DNA of 64,000 nucleotides. Origin: Balanoglossus misakiensis (Eukaryota; Animalia; Hemichordata). The position numbers and the translations under genes are program-made. The notes under the pieces were generated by a model. The model saw nothing but the letters and a program-made list of their open reading frames with translations, was not told where the DNA came from and made no database searches. The stretch is taken from positions 5,894,110 through 5,958,109 of the forward strand of contig CM082584.2 in NCBI GenBank assembly GCA_040954595.2, written 5' to 3'. Below are positions 34,064-48,600 of this stretch, piece by piece; within the stretch, counting starts at the first letter, position 1, and every line of letters starts with the position of its first letter.

Positions 34064-36558
34064 CTTTACGGGACCAAGGCGAACTATTAGACATTAACGT
34101 GACGGGCACAGGCACCCGCGGAGAGTTTCTCGGACAATAACCCGGGCTTAGATTTCTTCTGGTACACACCGATCCAAAATAATTAGATCGATCGCATGGG
34201 AAACCAAAAGTTGACCTTACATTAGCGCCGCCTAGCGGTCACCCCTGAAGTTCTAAGTTTATACACTTTATAAAGTGGTACTGGGACGAGAGGCCCCTTG
34301 CTCTGTCAGACATGTACGAAACACGGTTTCGACATAATACATGTATTAGGCGATGATGCACCATAGTGATTCCCGTTATTGTTGTCTGAATTTGGTTGTT
34401 CGAATATTCGGTGAGTGAAACATTATTAGTATTGTCGCTCCAACAGATCATTGTGATATTTTTATGACACCCCCGAAAGAAAAAAGGTTCAGTTTAATTT
34501 ATAGTATTACCCTTTGTCGTTTATGTTTTGAAACAGGCGATCGCCAATTATAATTGTATAAGCACATTGACATGTACGTCAAATTATATTAAAAGCACGA
34601 TCACCCAATAAACATTTTTTATATTAATTCATTCAGTTCAAACATTAACCGCCAAGCCGTCATACGTGGCCTACACGACGGAAAAGTTATTGACTCGGAA
34701 ATGTGGGTCAGTTGCGAAAGAGTCACGAATGGAAACCGGGGGACTCACCTCTGCTCGTTTCAACTTGAAAAGATCTGTTCCAAAATAGGGTATAGCTGTA
34801 ACCGGTTTTAGTCACCCGCCCACTTTCCCGACATTATTTCAATGTTACCGATTACGTTTGGCAGTTTTCCACGAATGTTATTGTTATGTAATCCCGCCTT
34901 CCAGCAGAAATGGAAATAACCCCAACACATAGGCCTACACTTCAAACTCAGCAGTCTGGTACAACGCCAACTTGTTGAATGCACTATGCATAGTACACCG
35001 TCATCGTTGCCATATACTGAATATAATTCCAACAATGAAAGTGACGATTCGGGCGGAAATGGGCAAATCGCATAATAAGATTCACTTTCAGTCACGTATA
35101 TGAAGATCTCTTGCTGTCAGATGTGGTGTACGGCGATGTCGAGAGTCGACTGTCGCTTGAATTATAATTCAAGCTGTGACCCGTAATCCCCATTTGACAC
35201 ATACTAATCCTAGCACAATAATGATATTACAGGAGGTGGAGGCACCTTCATGATTAACATCTAGGGGCAGTTTTGCAGCGACAATGAAGTTGAATAGGTT
35301 GCCGAAGTTGTGATGTGTTTCTCGTGATGTTTTTTCAAAGGACTTGGATAATAAGGACTGAGGTTCACCGTCGTTGCCGACATTTCCAAACCACTCTCAT
35401 GGCTCGAACAGCCAGCTGAACGATGACGGTACAATTGTTGTGAATGGGGATTTGCGTCAAAAGCTTTGAAGAGACGTGCGGAATTCACGCATTTTACCTA
35501 AAACAAGAGAAGTTGTATGTGGTTATTATGCGAAAACGGGAAGTCGTAAACCTAGATTATACACACCAGTAGTACTCTCTCAATATTCTCTGTGTGTTTC
35601 GTTTCTACTGAAAGCGCTACCTTTAATGGCAATCCCTGACGACGTATACTCCACCCACGGGGTTGCCATGCATTGTGTGGGATACTGCTGCTGCTCTCTG
35701 AGTACGGACCTTCTTTTGTCACGCTCACATATCCGGTGATGTCATCTCCATCGTTCTCTCCTTTGACTAGCAACAAGTACATTACCTTTTTGGTATTTTC
35801 ATTCCAATTATGGTGGCGAGTATATGCGTAGTGGTTTGTGCACCGAAACAACATATATGACATGTATATATCGTCACGTTCCCCCAGATATTTATAGCTT
35901 TCAAAGAAAGGTACAAAAATGTGGAATAAACAGAGGGCTGAACTTGCATACAACATGGCGTTTCGTTTCGACTGTTTTTGTTGATTGATAAAAAAGGGTA
36001 GTAATTAATAAGATTCAATTTCTGTATTTTGAAGGGGTATACGGGAATTGTGGACAAAACATGATATTATTTGAGAAAAAGATAAAATATACACGCATAC
36101 ACTATGACAGAGTGCCCAGTGCCAGTCACTTCTTATATGTAGCTGTTCAGAATAAACTGTACTCTCGGACACGAAGTCACAAACTAACAGCTACATCTGT
36201 ACTTGGCAATCACAATACCATCTCCCACAAGCATGCAACATCATCCAACGAAATGACGTATCATCTGTCAACGATTGTCGTGTTTTACGGGCATCAAAAG
36301 CTGCGCAGTGCGTCACATTTGTAACGCCTTCACGTTTTAATGTCGTCTGTAAATGCAGTCTTTTATATTGATGCTGAGGGCACATGCGCAGTGCGAACTC
36401 ACTCGCTCGCTCACCGTGGCTTCCTCAAGGATGATGTCATCATCGAGAGAGGTTTGGGGGTTGAGTTCGTCATCGTCAATGTAAAAGACCAGACCGTGGG
36501 AGAAGCGGTATATACTTGCTGTCCACTTCGCAGAGCAGAGCCAGGAAACGCGTGCATT

Positions 36559-36566
36559 TATAAAAA
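36559..36566 (+). promoter_or_regulatory. TATA box of the Tie-like gene
   Basis: TATAAAAA 60 nt upstream of the ATG of the signal-peptide exon, in a CpG-containing context. Confidence 0.55.
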
Positions 36567-36625
36567 GACCGTGCGGGCAGGATCCACACGCTCAGCTGTC
36601 AACACTTTCTGTGACAACCCGCAGA

Positions 36626-39600
36626 ATGCTGCGTTTGGTTCTCTTCGCCATCGCTTTCGTCAGTCGAGGTGGGTAGAAAATGCACAGATTGTATAAGCCC
36701 TTGTTACAAATCACCCGCACTTTCATACCAACAGCGCGCAGGCACTTTAAGTGACATTCGCATGTTTTCATCGCAGTTCCAGACAACGCCTATTTACTCG
36801 AAGCGCGGGCAACAAGGCGTCTCAGGCATGTATGAACTCACCAGCGTTCGGTCAAAGGACTGGAGTTTAAGTTAACTCCACAGACAGCTACGTTCGATAA
36901 ACACATGCACGTAAACTGCAATGAATGGAATACAATCAGCGAAGCGCGACAAGTAATTCCTTTCCCACTGCACTTATCTCAATGGCTTACAGTGGCCGTG
37001 CCTTTTGTACAGTACGCACCCTACTGGACCAACTTTAGAATGCATTGTATTGAGATACACAAGTTAATTTAGCTAAATTAGTGGCTTGCTTTCAATTCTG
37101 TCGCTTTCGTGATCCCAGTCTTGTTTGCATTTACATGTATTACCGTCATTACGACGAAATGTTTTCATGTCGACATGTTGCTATGCGCTCACAGAAACAC
37201 ATTAAAAGGTCATCAAAGTTAAAGTTCAGACAGATTTGACGGGGAAAACATTTACTACGCGTTGCACGTCCAGACATCTGTATGCCAGCACTTCAAAAAC
37301 TGGTTTGACGAAGTTCGGCAGCTGATCCGAAACTTTTTTTTAACATTTTATTCCCTGTCTACAAGAGTACGTGATACGCGTATCCTGTTGTACGAAAGTT
37401 ACATCCTCGTTCCAAGGTTACTCTGAGACAGATCTGTCAGAGTGCAGGATGACTATTTCCAGTGACTATATAAGATGCATTCTCATAATGGCCAAATTCA
37501 CCTGTGGCGCTTTTTGCATGGGGTTTCTTTAGCATTGTCGCATTCTTAGAGTTAAGCACGGTCGTGTGGACAGCTGTGTCTTGGTTCATATTGTGTTCAA
37601 CCGCCGATGCCTAGTAGAAATTCTCACATAGTCGCTGCTGGAGCAACTTTCTAGGCGAGGCAAAACTGTTGTCAGAAATGAATCTTGAATTCAGACAAAC
37701 CAGGAATTGTGTCGTGGTTTTCATCGAATTACTTTTCTGTAGAGCCTTTGTTTGAAGCATTCACATATGAACCGCGTTTATCTGAAAACCAGAGATTTCG
37801 TTGTGAAACAAATTTTCTCTTCAAGGGAACTATTAAATCGATGCTTGTCAAACACAAACATATTTTCGGAGAATAATCTCGACAGTGATTATAAAAGAAC
37901 ATATTTACTGAGATAAAGTACGGAAATTTGCAAGCGTTTAAACGAGAAGCCTAATATATAAAATGCCTACTGTAAACTACATGAACGAAGGAAGCGACAT
38001 TTTGTCTTTGAGATTTAACCCTTTGTTTTAAGTGTAAGGCCACAATGTTATCTCGCATCGCAAGTATCCTGTTTATACGCCAGTGCCGGAACAGTTGTCG
38101 AATAAAGCACATAAGATCCTCTAAACAAAAAAAAAATAAGAGGAAACCCGATCCGGGATAAAAGTATATTATGTTTCAGCAAAGTAACTGAATGGTGTTC
38201 GTATGACGATAGTCGGCAATATTAATTTTAATCGTGATTTGAAAAGACAGAATCTGAGTCATGATGAGATTAGTGGATTTGGTGTCCAGATCGATCATGA
38301 AATTGCACACAAAAATTGGAAGTGTCGACGGCGATGCAGTGTTACCCGTCCCGAATGGATGATTAGCGTTGTCCGGGCCCGGGGTGATTCTTGGCGTTTG
38401 ACTGGCAGTCTCGGTGGGGTAAACCCGGATACAAAGACAACCCGCTGTCATGCAAAACGGTTGACTTATCAACAATTAGAGTGTTTAGAATACAATGGTC
38501 AAAACAAAACAAGCACTTCGTATTGACGTTAGAAGTGCCTTGCGGTCGCTAATTAGCGCGCATCCATTAAAGGTCCACGAGCTGCAACTTTTGGGATAAT
38601 TGTCAATTTTTTTTCAAACTGTATACTTTAGTCTAAGTGTTATCGTGATCTATTGTAGGCATTATCATTTTAAAGGACAGAATTTTAAGCATATCCGAGA
38701 ATATTTAAAGATATTTTTTTTATCCAGTTGCAGCTCATGGGGCTTTAAAGTGAAAAGTTCCTTCCGCGTCCCTAGGAACACTTGTGGGTCGACACTGCCA
38801 TTGCAAGGGATTTGCGGCGGCAATTCTCGTTGTCTGCCTAAACCGTAACACTAAACATGTGTTCTTGCTTGTACCACAAATACGCGACTCCGTTTAAATT
38901 TGCAGCTCCAATTCCAAAATGTTCAGTTTGAAGACATTGCTTGCATCGTTCCAAGCTCTCGTTTTACCGTAAGCGGAAAGAAACATTTTTGTTTTCAATT
39001 CCATAGAGTGATTAATACCCAGCACACAAATCAACGCACGGATTATTCCTTTATGGCTCCGATTTTAGCTAAATCATGATTAATTATAACGAGCACCGGG
39101 ATCTGAGCGTGGGAACATCGCGCATAGGTCGTGTAATGCAATACACGGTGTACGTTTCACGAGGATATCAAATCTGCAACGGCGCAGCACAACTATACGC
39201 CATTGCCCCCAAGTGGGTCACGGCCTGCTCAGGGTTGCGGAGGTCGCCAAGCACATAGCTGTCGTCATCAAGGTCAAAGTCATCTGCGAAATGAAGTTTC
39301 CACGCTTCTTAGTAACTGCGCGTCTGTCACGCCGGCAGAATAAAAAAAAGTTGTTAAACTTTGCCGAATGGGGCATACTGCACAGTATCCTTGGCAACAG
39401 GAAACGTTCACGAAATGTAGACTACAGGCCTTTCATATACTCAAATTATGAGTCATTTCACTGAGATCCTATTCGAAACCCAACAGTAGCAAACCCTTTC
39501 TCATGTCCTCCATACATGGCTACAGCATGGACAACGGAGAGCGAAAAGATGATCTCAAGGCTAAACAACATCATCACGGATATCGTCAACTGGCACTGCC

Positions 39601-42600
39601 ATGTGTGTGTGTTGCCCTATACGTCATTCCATAGAGAACTGACAGACCGATCGCTTTTCTGGTGCCATACCGTCTCAAAAATTCTCAAAGCTTGGTTATT
39701 TAAAGTGAGGGAACACTCAAAATTAAAATTAATGTCTTATCCTGCTTTTTACATATGCGGTACATTTTTCCTTTGAAGACACTAACTCTGCATTTATGCA
39801 GACTTACTAATGAATTTACTGTATCTATCTCAGAACAATACTGAATATGTCGCCATAGGTAGGCTTATACCCGATTGCGGGTCATTTTCGATAGAAAATA
39901 TGGCGTTTTAGTTAATATCAAGCGAAGCATTTCTCTTACATCCGCTTGCAAGACCTAGTTTTCATGATACCTTAAAAGTTTAGTGTGCCTTCTATAAGTA
40001 GCATCATCACGTGATCTACTTCCTCTGAGAATTATTCACTTCAGTTATTGAAAACAAAATCATATCATTGGTCGGTTCGCGGTGTCGTGGTAGTATCACG
40101 TGACTGACAGGTTAAACTTGGACATTAGACGAAGACTTTACAAAAGGGCGGATAGGAGTGGGAATGAGAGATATCTTCGTTAACATGAACGTGTTATAAT
40201 ATATCTGTTCATCACTTTGTATAGTGAACACGCGGAACATGGAACCCCTCTAAGGATCTCTGTATTAATAGGGTGTCCACAAATGCACTACGGCTGCCCC
40301 CCCCCCCCCTCGTCTCATATAGGACCAAAGGACGATTTGTAGACTTTCCGTGTTTGACTTTAGCACGACTTTTGACCCCCAATGTGCAGTTGTTTGATAG
40401 CCATACACATGATGTCCCAGTCCCTGGCTATTTGACCCAGTAATTGTTATGACATTAGTATTCGAGCACAGATATCATGACTTTTGACCCCCTACATGTA
40501 AATAAAATTGTAGAGTTTGTACTCGACAATCAAACAGTGATCCCCCATACGAACAATTGTGGAAGATGCACTTTGCACTATTTAAGTTACGAATGTTATT
40601 ATGAAACTAACAACTTACGAGTGAAAGTTGTCGTTAAAATGTTTGACGCCTTTTTGTTTGTTTTCAGTATTGCCCCCCCCCCCATCAAAGTGGTTTCGCA
40701 TTAATTCGTTTGGCCAGCTCTATATCATATATTTTATATAAATCTATGCAGTGTTTATGTGAAACTTGATCTTTAATTTCGATAGTGGTCATTGTTTTCG
40801 CAGGCTAGAAAGTTTATTCGTACACATGAAATGATTGTAATTTTACATCTCCAGTCAGGGTCGTTAACCCCATCAACAACACCGCAAAGTCTTAGAGTCA
40901 GGGGAACCCTCCGACGACCGTAACATATGTGTGATTGCAGCAAAATTTACACCATGCTTCAGTAGTTTCAGGCTGTGGTCGTATCAGTAAAATTAACTGA
41001 CGCTAGTGCAGTGAACGTCATTGATTTTTGACTTCGGTAAAAAGTTTTGTAGAAATATGTTTTCTCATTTCGTATTAATAAAATTAACTGACGTGAAAAT
41101 GCGCGCAGTGAACCTCATTGACTTATTTTACTTCAGTTATAATTGTTCTCTTTCTCCGTGATTATCAGAAGTCACGCGTACATATGCATAAGTTTAAATA
41201 ACGCATACCATGAAACTGAAGAAATGACTTATGGTTACGGTGATTTACAGATGCCAGTTGCCAAGTCGGGTCGCAGTGTCAGTAAATTCACCCCACAAAT
41301 TGTTTGTTTTATGATATTAATAACAGAAACCTTTGCAGTTTTGGAGCAAAGATAACATAAATCAGTGCGGCCATCCCACCCACCACTTTGTGCTTTCATT
41401 TTGGAAACCATCTTGATTCTTTGCCGTGTTCCCGGCAACAGCTTGATGCGTCGTGCGGGCTAACTCGCACATAACCGGCTGTGGTGCGGAAATAAAGCTG
41501 TGATGGCTTGCGAGAATGATCTTGACATGTGACCCCATATAATACTAACAGAGCTGACACATCTCTGTATGGGGTATGTGTGAACTCTCAATAAGGACCC
41601 TCTAGGGTATTTAAATTCTCGTTGCGGTCGTCGTTACAATTGAAATTGGGTTTTTACTGACGCGTCTCTTCAAATCCTACCGGCAGTTTGTTACTACACT
41701 GAATCTGAACGCTTTGTGAAAACCTGTGACAGATTTTCCCCCTCGAGACACGGCACTGTCGTTTGTTAGGGTCAAGAGATCAAAAAGGGAAATCCAAAAC
41801 CGAGGAAGTTGTGCCGCAGCCGTTTCTGACACGGATGTACATTCGACATTTGACCTCTGCAAAAGACAATCGGGGCTAATCAGTCCAAAATGTTGACTAG
41901 AATTGGGTTGGACCTATTACGATACCCTCTCAGTAATGATCTCTAGTAAGTTGGCATTCTTACCGTAATTGTCGGGTTTATCATAGAGAAGCCATGTGTC
42001 GTTTTAGAGTTTCTGCGCATACACTACGCATCGAATCAGATAGAAAATTACGTAACGAGCGCTCAGAAAGAATTTGTGTATATTGTAATTCTACAAGCAT
42101 TGGAGACGAGTTCCACTTTAGTATGATGTGTCCTCTATATCAGGAGTTAAGGTCAAAATATATTCCAAGGTATTTTTACATAAATCCTTCCTTTCAAAAA
42201 TTTACCCAGCTTTTACAGTCTCAAAACACAACTATTGTACGCAATTTTTCAAAATTTATCTACTATGCCATGAAGATGCGTTCCGAGACTGTTGAGGAAC
42301 TTTCAACCGTGTAATACTGATTGTACTTGTTTCTAGTTGAGTGTCCCTCTGTACTTTTCTTTGTATGACTTTTGTGATTACTAGGAGGCCGGAGGCCTAC
42401 AGTATCCGAATAAATCACACTATAACCTGATGTCAATATAACTGATCAGTGTATGTACAGAGTGAGTGCGGGGCCATGGTTCCGTCATCAATCTAGTACG
42501 GAATACGAGCATGATGGATGCGATTTTATTCCGACCTCACTATACCAGTGATGACATATCTCTGCATGGAATTTAAGCCGGTACATAGTGCAATAAATAA

Positions 42601-45600
42601 CAAATACATCACTTTCAGAGACCTGTCATATTATTTGTGCTTCATTCGAACTTTGACTTACATTCCACGGGGCATTACTGTCAATTGTACGCCAGAGAAA
42701 TCTTTGGTACCTACCAACTATGACAGGGACAGCGCGAACAATACACCAAGTCTGCTGAGGTTTCAAGCACACAGTGCAGTAAATAAACATGTTGTTGGTC
42801 GACTGTATAAGAACAATTCTGAGGCCCATTGCATTTGTGATAAAGTAACCACCAGACACCTTTGATCAATTTGATGGCGTCATCATCGGTTTTCATCATC
42901 ACTACTGTGATGTGGAACATTACAGCAAAGCATTTAATTGCGTCGCTAGAAGTGGGTGGATTTTGGTCTTTTGAATGAATACACAAGGCTTTTGCGCATG
43001 TCCATGGATGTCAAACCTAATCACATCTGTTTCATATCACATAACTTTATATGGAATCATATTATACTGATAGACATAGAAGGTCTGACATTTAATGATA
43101 CGTTTTAAACTATATGAATCATAAATTAAAATGGCGAATTAAAATCCCAGGGTAGAATAACAGCGGCACGTGTTGTGGATATAGTCACCATGGGAACCCT
43201 CAAACTTACGTTTCCTTTTTGTTTTTCAGTGACATGTCGTCTGACCTTGATCAACTCTTCGCCCATCATCTCAAGGACAAGTGAAACACACCTGTATTGC
43301 TTGGACACCAGTGGTGTGATTCCCGTGGCCGATTTGAGCATCAAACGAGTCTTGGACACCGGCAACGGCGCCGATATTCCAACACCGGCTGTTATCAACA
43401 ACGACTGGCTTGAAGCCGTTTGGGGTCGAGAGACCGGCAGTGCGAGATACGGGGTGTTTTTCTGTGCTGAGGATAATTCAGATGATAAAGTGATCACTTC
43501 CAAGATTTTTAGATCGGGTAGGTCGAAAATTATCTGCCTGTCTGCGTGCCTGTCTGTCCTTGGGAAAATTGTTTCACATATGCCTAGTGTATTTTGATTG
43601 CAAAACATCATATCACAAAAATGCATGCAAAACAAGAAAGATACAGCGAATGGGCCTTAATGCATTTGTGCGATCAAGACATATTCTAAGAATTACTGAA
43701 TTGGTATTATATTGAGAACTACCAAACAAGGTGTATGTTTCCACGTAGTTTAGTTGATACCAGTATCGAAAAGGACAAGCAAATTACCAAAACCAGGTTC
43801 CAAATTGGTTTTAAATAGTTCCAGTGATGTTTTAATTTACTGCGATGACATTTCTTCGCACTTTTCTTGGTAAACAGCTTGTATTTCTAGAAGCTAAATT
43901 CGCATAAAACTGTCGCATGTGACAATTTCGGGCTGGTATTAAAGTTGCCTTCATAGATCCACGGTTTTCGTATCTTGAACACAGTACGTCACACGTGATG
44001 GTCTTTGGGCATAGAGTCGAATACAGCAGGTCGAACATATTTCAATACACAACAGTGACACAGAGCCTGTCACTATTTTACGTACAGGTATACGAGTCTG
44101 TGAAATGTGAGGCATTACATGCATGGTTGGCTTGTGGTCTGTCGCTATTATTGTAAGCTTATGCATGAAAAAAAAACATGTTTTTGCATTGACACGAGTT
44201 TATCATTTTCATGTTCAGTAGATGTTGCTCCCGGTGTCTTCTCACCCCGCGTCCTCTCAGTGTCGGTTAGCAGCGGCGACGACCTCACGATTGAGATGTC
44301 GCGCGAGAAGCAAATATCCGTCGGTGTCACCATCGTCTGGCGACACAACGGCCAAATATTGAACATTCCCGCCCCGTCGTCCGCAGAACCGTTGGCCGTT
44401 CAAACCTACCATTTTGTCTTGCGGAATGTTTCAAAGGCGGACGGGGGCATTTATGAAATTCATCCGTCCGATAACCGAACACTCGGAGCAATGACCAGGG
44501 TAATCGTCAGAGGTAAGGGAAAGACAGATTTTGTATTGACTTTTATTCCATTGCAGGTTGAACGTCACTATAATTTCAGACTTGGTTTGCAAAAAACTGG
44601 GTGTTTCATCGTGCCTAATAGGCCGAATAAGTAGTTGTAATGCACTGAAGATAAATATTGACTAAGTGGCCAAGTAATTTACTTTCTGTCACATTTTTAT
44701 TGACTGAAAACGAACCGAGGATATATGTTCTCTAAGTTTACTTATTTATCGCCGACACATACAGGTAACTGTAGAAAGATTTGCATGTGCTTTGAGATAC
44801 CAGATCGCTCCCAGCATTATGTAAACCTTACAGCATATCTCAAGTTTAAATCTCATCTTGATCGTAAGATCGTTACATAGTGACTTCGGGTACTATCAAA
44901 AAGCTCTGTACTCACTGTAAGATTTCATATTCAATCGTGTGGTCTGTTTGTATTTCGATCTTAGGGTGCCGATTTGGACGCTGGAATCCACCAGAATGTG
45001 ATAAAATCTGCCCGACTTGCCAAAATGGCGGAATTTGTGATGATGCCAATGGCAACTGTATTTGTCCTCCTGGTTTCATGGGGACCACGTGTTCTGTTGG
45101 TGAGTATTATTTATGACTTTACGTTGCGACCATATAGGATAGTGCAAATACGTGTAAATAAAATACAGTTCCTGGAAAAAGAGGAAGTCGCAGTATGGTC
45201 CGTGGGTGATCCGTGCCCCAAATTTCCCTCCTTGGAAGGTTTGGAATATCAGTTACTCAGGACCAATTTTGACCGCGGGAAATTCACGTCATATATTCCA
45301 GGAATTCTGTCCCGATGTCGGAAATGTTCCGTATCGTGTGGTGAACTTTTAGGAATAACAATACCATAAACTTGGTCGTATATGTTCGTTACATTTTCAT
45401 TTCCTTAAATATTTGCATCATCCAGCCTGTGGAGCAAATAAATACGGCGAGACCTGTGACCATGAGTGTGACGCAGATGGTTGCGGATACAGTCAGTTCT
45501 GCCTTCCGGATCCTTATGGATGTGCGTGTGCCACTGGTTGGAAAGGAAGTCAGTGTAACCATGGTAAATAATTATGCAATTAAACTTTTAGCTAATTGAG

Positions 45601-48600
45601 GATGTAGGTAGTATTAATCGTACATTTAGTAAGAAGTGGGATTGACTTATACCAGAAAGCTCGAAATTGAAACTGATTGTCTATGACATGCAATCGGCAG
45701 ACAAAATTACTTCTGCATTAGTATTGGTGGTGCATATGATGTTGTCAAACTATGGTATATTATTAAACTGTTCATCAACTTGTTGTTCATACGAGAAGAA
45801 TTTTGCTATTTGTATTTATGTGCGAAAAGGCATTCGCAAACAGTACATTGTATATAGTGGACGGAGAACTCTAAACCTCACTTTAACCTTGTAGTCAGGG
45901 AAATTATCGCATCTGTTGAGGGGTATTATTTCATCCACTGTTTTCCACAGCTTGTGATGTAGGCACGTATGGGCCCGACTGCAAACTCACCTGCGATTGC
46001 CAAAATGGAGGAATCTGTGATCGATATCGAGGATGTGTGTGCACGGACGGCTGGTCTGGTATGACGTGTGAATCACCGCGTAAGTCGACTCTTCCTCATT
46101 GCCATAACTTCTTTGCCAGTCAAGCGATATTCTGGCAGGAGGCTTTTTTCATGTAATTGAAAAACATTTTAAGGGACTTTATCAATACCCATCCGAAGAC
46201 GGTATCGAGCTTGCGTCACTGTGCGGAGAAGTTCCAAGTTTACTTCATTTCAGATGCTAAAACGTAGAAACACGGTTGACATCAAGAACAGCTGCATACT
46301 TCGGTTCACCTACATGTATGGGGATCGCCAAAATACACTGAACAAAAGTGTACATTTTTGGCAACAGAGGGGCGCGGTGAATGTGTACAATACGTTGTCT
46401 AATCCAGTCTTGTATTCTTCATTTTTAAAATTAACTATTGGCATATTTACTATGGTACTGATATGCAACCTCCCTTCTGCAGAGCTAGAACCACCGGTTC
46501 CACTGAACTCACCCACCATGGTTGCATCCGGTTCCAACAGCCTGACGATCGATCCCAACACCGAGCCGTACTCAGGCTCTGGGCCCATCGAGGCCGCCAC
46601 CGTGGTCTTCAAGAAGACTGCCGACAGCGTTTGGGTGGAGAGAGCCCTCCCCGTCAGCAATTTCACTTTCTACGTCTTGCGGGGATTGGACCACGACGTG
46701 GAATACGAGATCAAGATCCGCCTGACGGGAACCGGCGGTAATGGCGAGGACGGACCTAAACTGATCGCGTCCACAACTGCACCGCAGTGTCAGGGTAAGA
46801 TCTCCAATGAGTTGAATAGGATAGCGGATGGAAAAAATGTCTCTGAAGAACAAATCTGTAATATTGCTGTAAAGTATAGAACCAGTCGTGAAAACTGCCG
46901 GTTTTCGTTGTGATCTTCCATCTTTTGCTAGACGACGCATTCAGATCCATTGAAAAAACATGTTCTGTACATGAAAGGACTGTATGTATATCATTGGGTA
47001 ACGCTTCTACCTACATGTACGTCACCTTTTGTGAAAATTTTAAGAAAATAACACCACGTGTTTTCTCTCGAAATTCACAAAACCATTATGACATGATTAA
47101 ACCATCACTGATCATGCTGATAAGTTTCATACTGCTTGAGTCGTGGTTGATATGTAACGACATTTTCTCCTCTCTACATCACAGCCCTGACAGAGTCTCC
47201 CGAACTGACCCTAACTGTCCTGGGATCGAGGTCCATCAACGTCACGTGGCAGAAGATCGAGAGTATGGGCGTCAGAGGCTACGAGGTTGCTTACAAGGAA
47301 GATGGAGGCCACATGTTCTTCCGAGAAATCGACCGCGCTGAACAGACTTGGTTCTTATTGGAAGGTCTGAGTCCGTACACGACATACATGATCGGTGTTG
47401 CAGAAATCAATTGCGCCGGCGAGGGGCCTACATCTCCGTTAATGAGTGTAACCACACGGGAGGATGGTGAGTACCAGCCGAGACAATTAAAATATTTAAA
47501 TTAAAGAGGATTTTGAAAGTATGTTGGATGATTGTTTTGATAGACTTTTCACTTGTTATCAATGCTATTCTCAGTTTTGATTATTTGGAGTCCGACAGAA
47601 AATCAAGACACGCGTAACAAAACGAGAAAACGTCAATCTAAATCTTTCGTACAGTCAAAATGCCACTGACTTTGTTAAATGTTTTTTTTGCTAATTTTCG
47701 AGTTTTTCTTGTCAACGGCCACAGCAGTACTGTTCTTTCGAGCTCGTTTTATGCAAACAGTCCTCATATAATTGATTGTCCGGAAAAATGAGTTACTTTA
47801 ATATTTCCAGCAATGTCAGAAGTATGACATCTCCAAATCATAGAGAACGTCTCATGTAACTGCTGTACTTGCGTATCTCAATGCAATATTTTCTTCTATT
47901 CAACAGCTCCAGGACCAGTCAGAAACCTTCGTTTATACCCACATTCTTCGACAAGAATTCTGGCCACATGGAGCCCACCTTCACAGGCAAATGGTGACAT
48001 CAGACGGTATGATTTGACCGTCTACGAGAATGGCTTACTGTTGAGAGATCGAGTGGCCCGCTCCACGACCACCACGAATTATGTTTTGAGCGGTCTCCGT
48101 CCGTACACAAATTATCGAGTGGTCGTGCAGGCCTACACCATCAAGACTGGTGAAAGCGCCGACAAAGAAATCCGCACCCCTCAAGACGGTTAGTCTATTT
48201 GTAATCTTCCGACTTTTGGAGATTTTTACAAGATTATGACACTTTCTCTAAGTTGAAGCGTCTCAGATTAGAAACCGTCTTAAAAAATCGTGTGTGGACG
48301 GTGTAAGAGGTCCTGAAACGGCTCAGATTTGAGACGGCTTTGCTGGCCAGACCTGAGCCGGTGTCTATGGGACTGAGCCTCAGCGCCTATACATAAATTT
48401 TGAGTGTGTGGACGCAAGCGACTCAAAGGATTAATGCTCTGTGTTTACCATAGGCAAATAGTGTCTCAAATTTTTCCCTGTCTGAACCTGGTACAATGCA
48501 AAAGACTAAAAGATTTTGCGTACGGTCATATTTTACAGCACCTGACGGTCCACCGACTTCCATCGTCGCCAGTGACGTCACCAGCACTACAATCACATTC

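Noticed and set aside
40074-40112. GGTTCGCGGTGTCGTGGTAGTATCACGT resembling a tRNA 5' half
   Set aside because: No T-arm, B-box or acceptor-stem partner follows; at most a decayed tRNA/SINE head.
48230-48430. Intronic segment with repeated GTGTGGACG motifs
   Set aside because: Probably an old MITE remnant, but I could not identify paired TIRs or a TSD.
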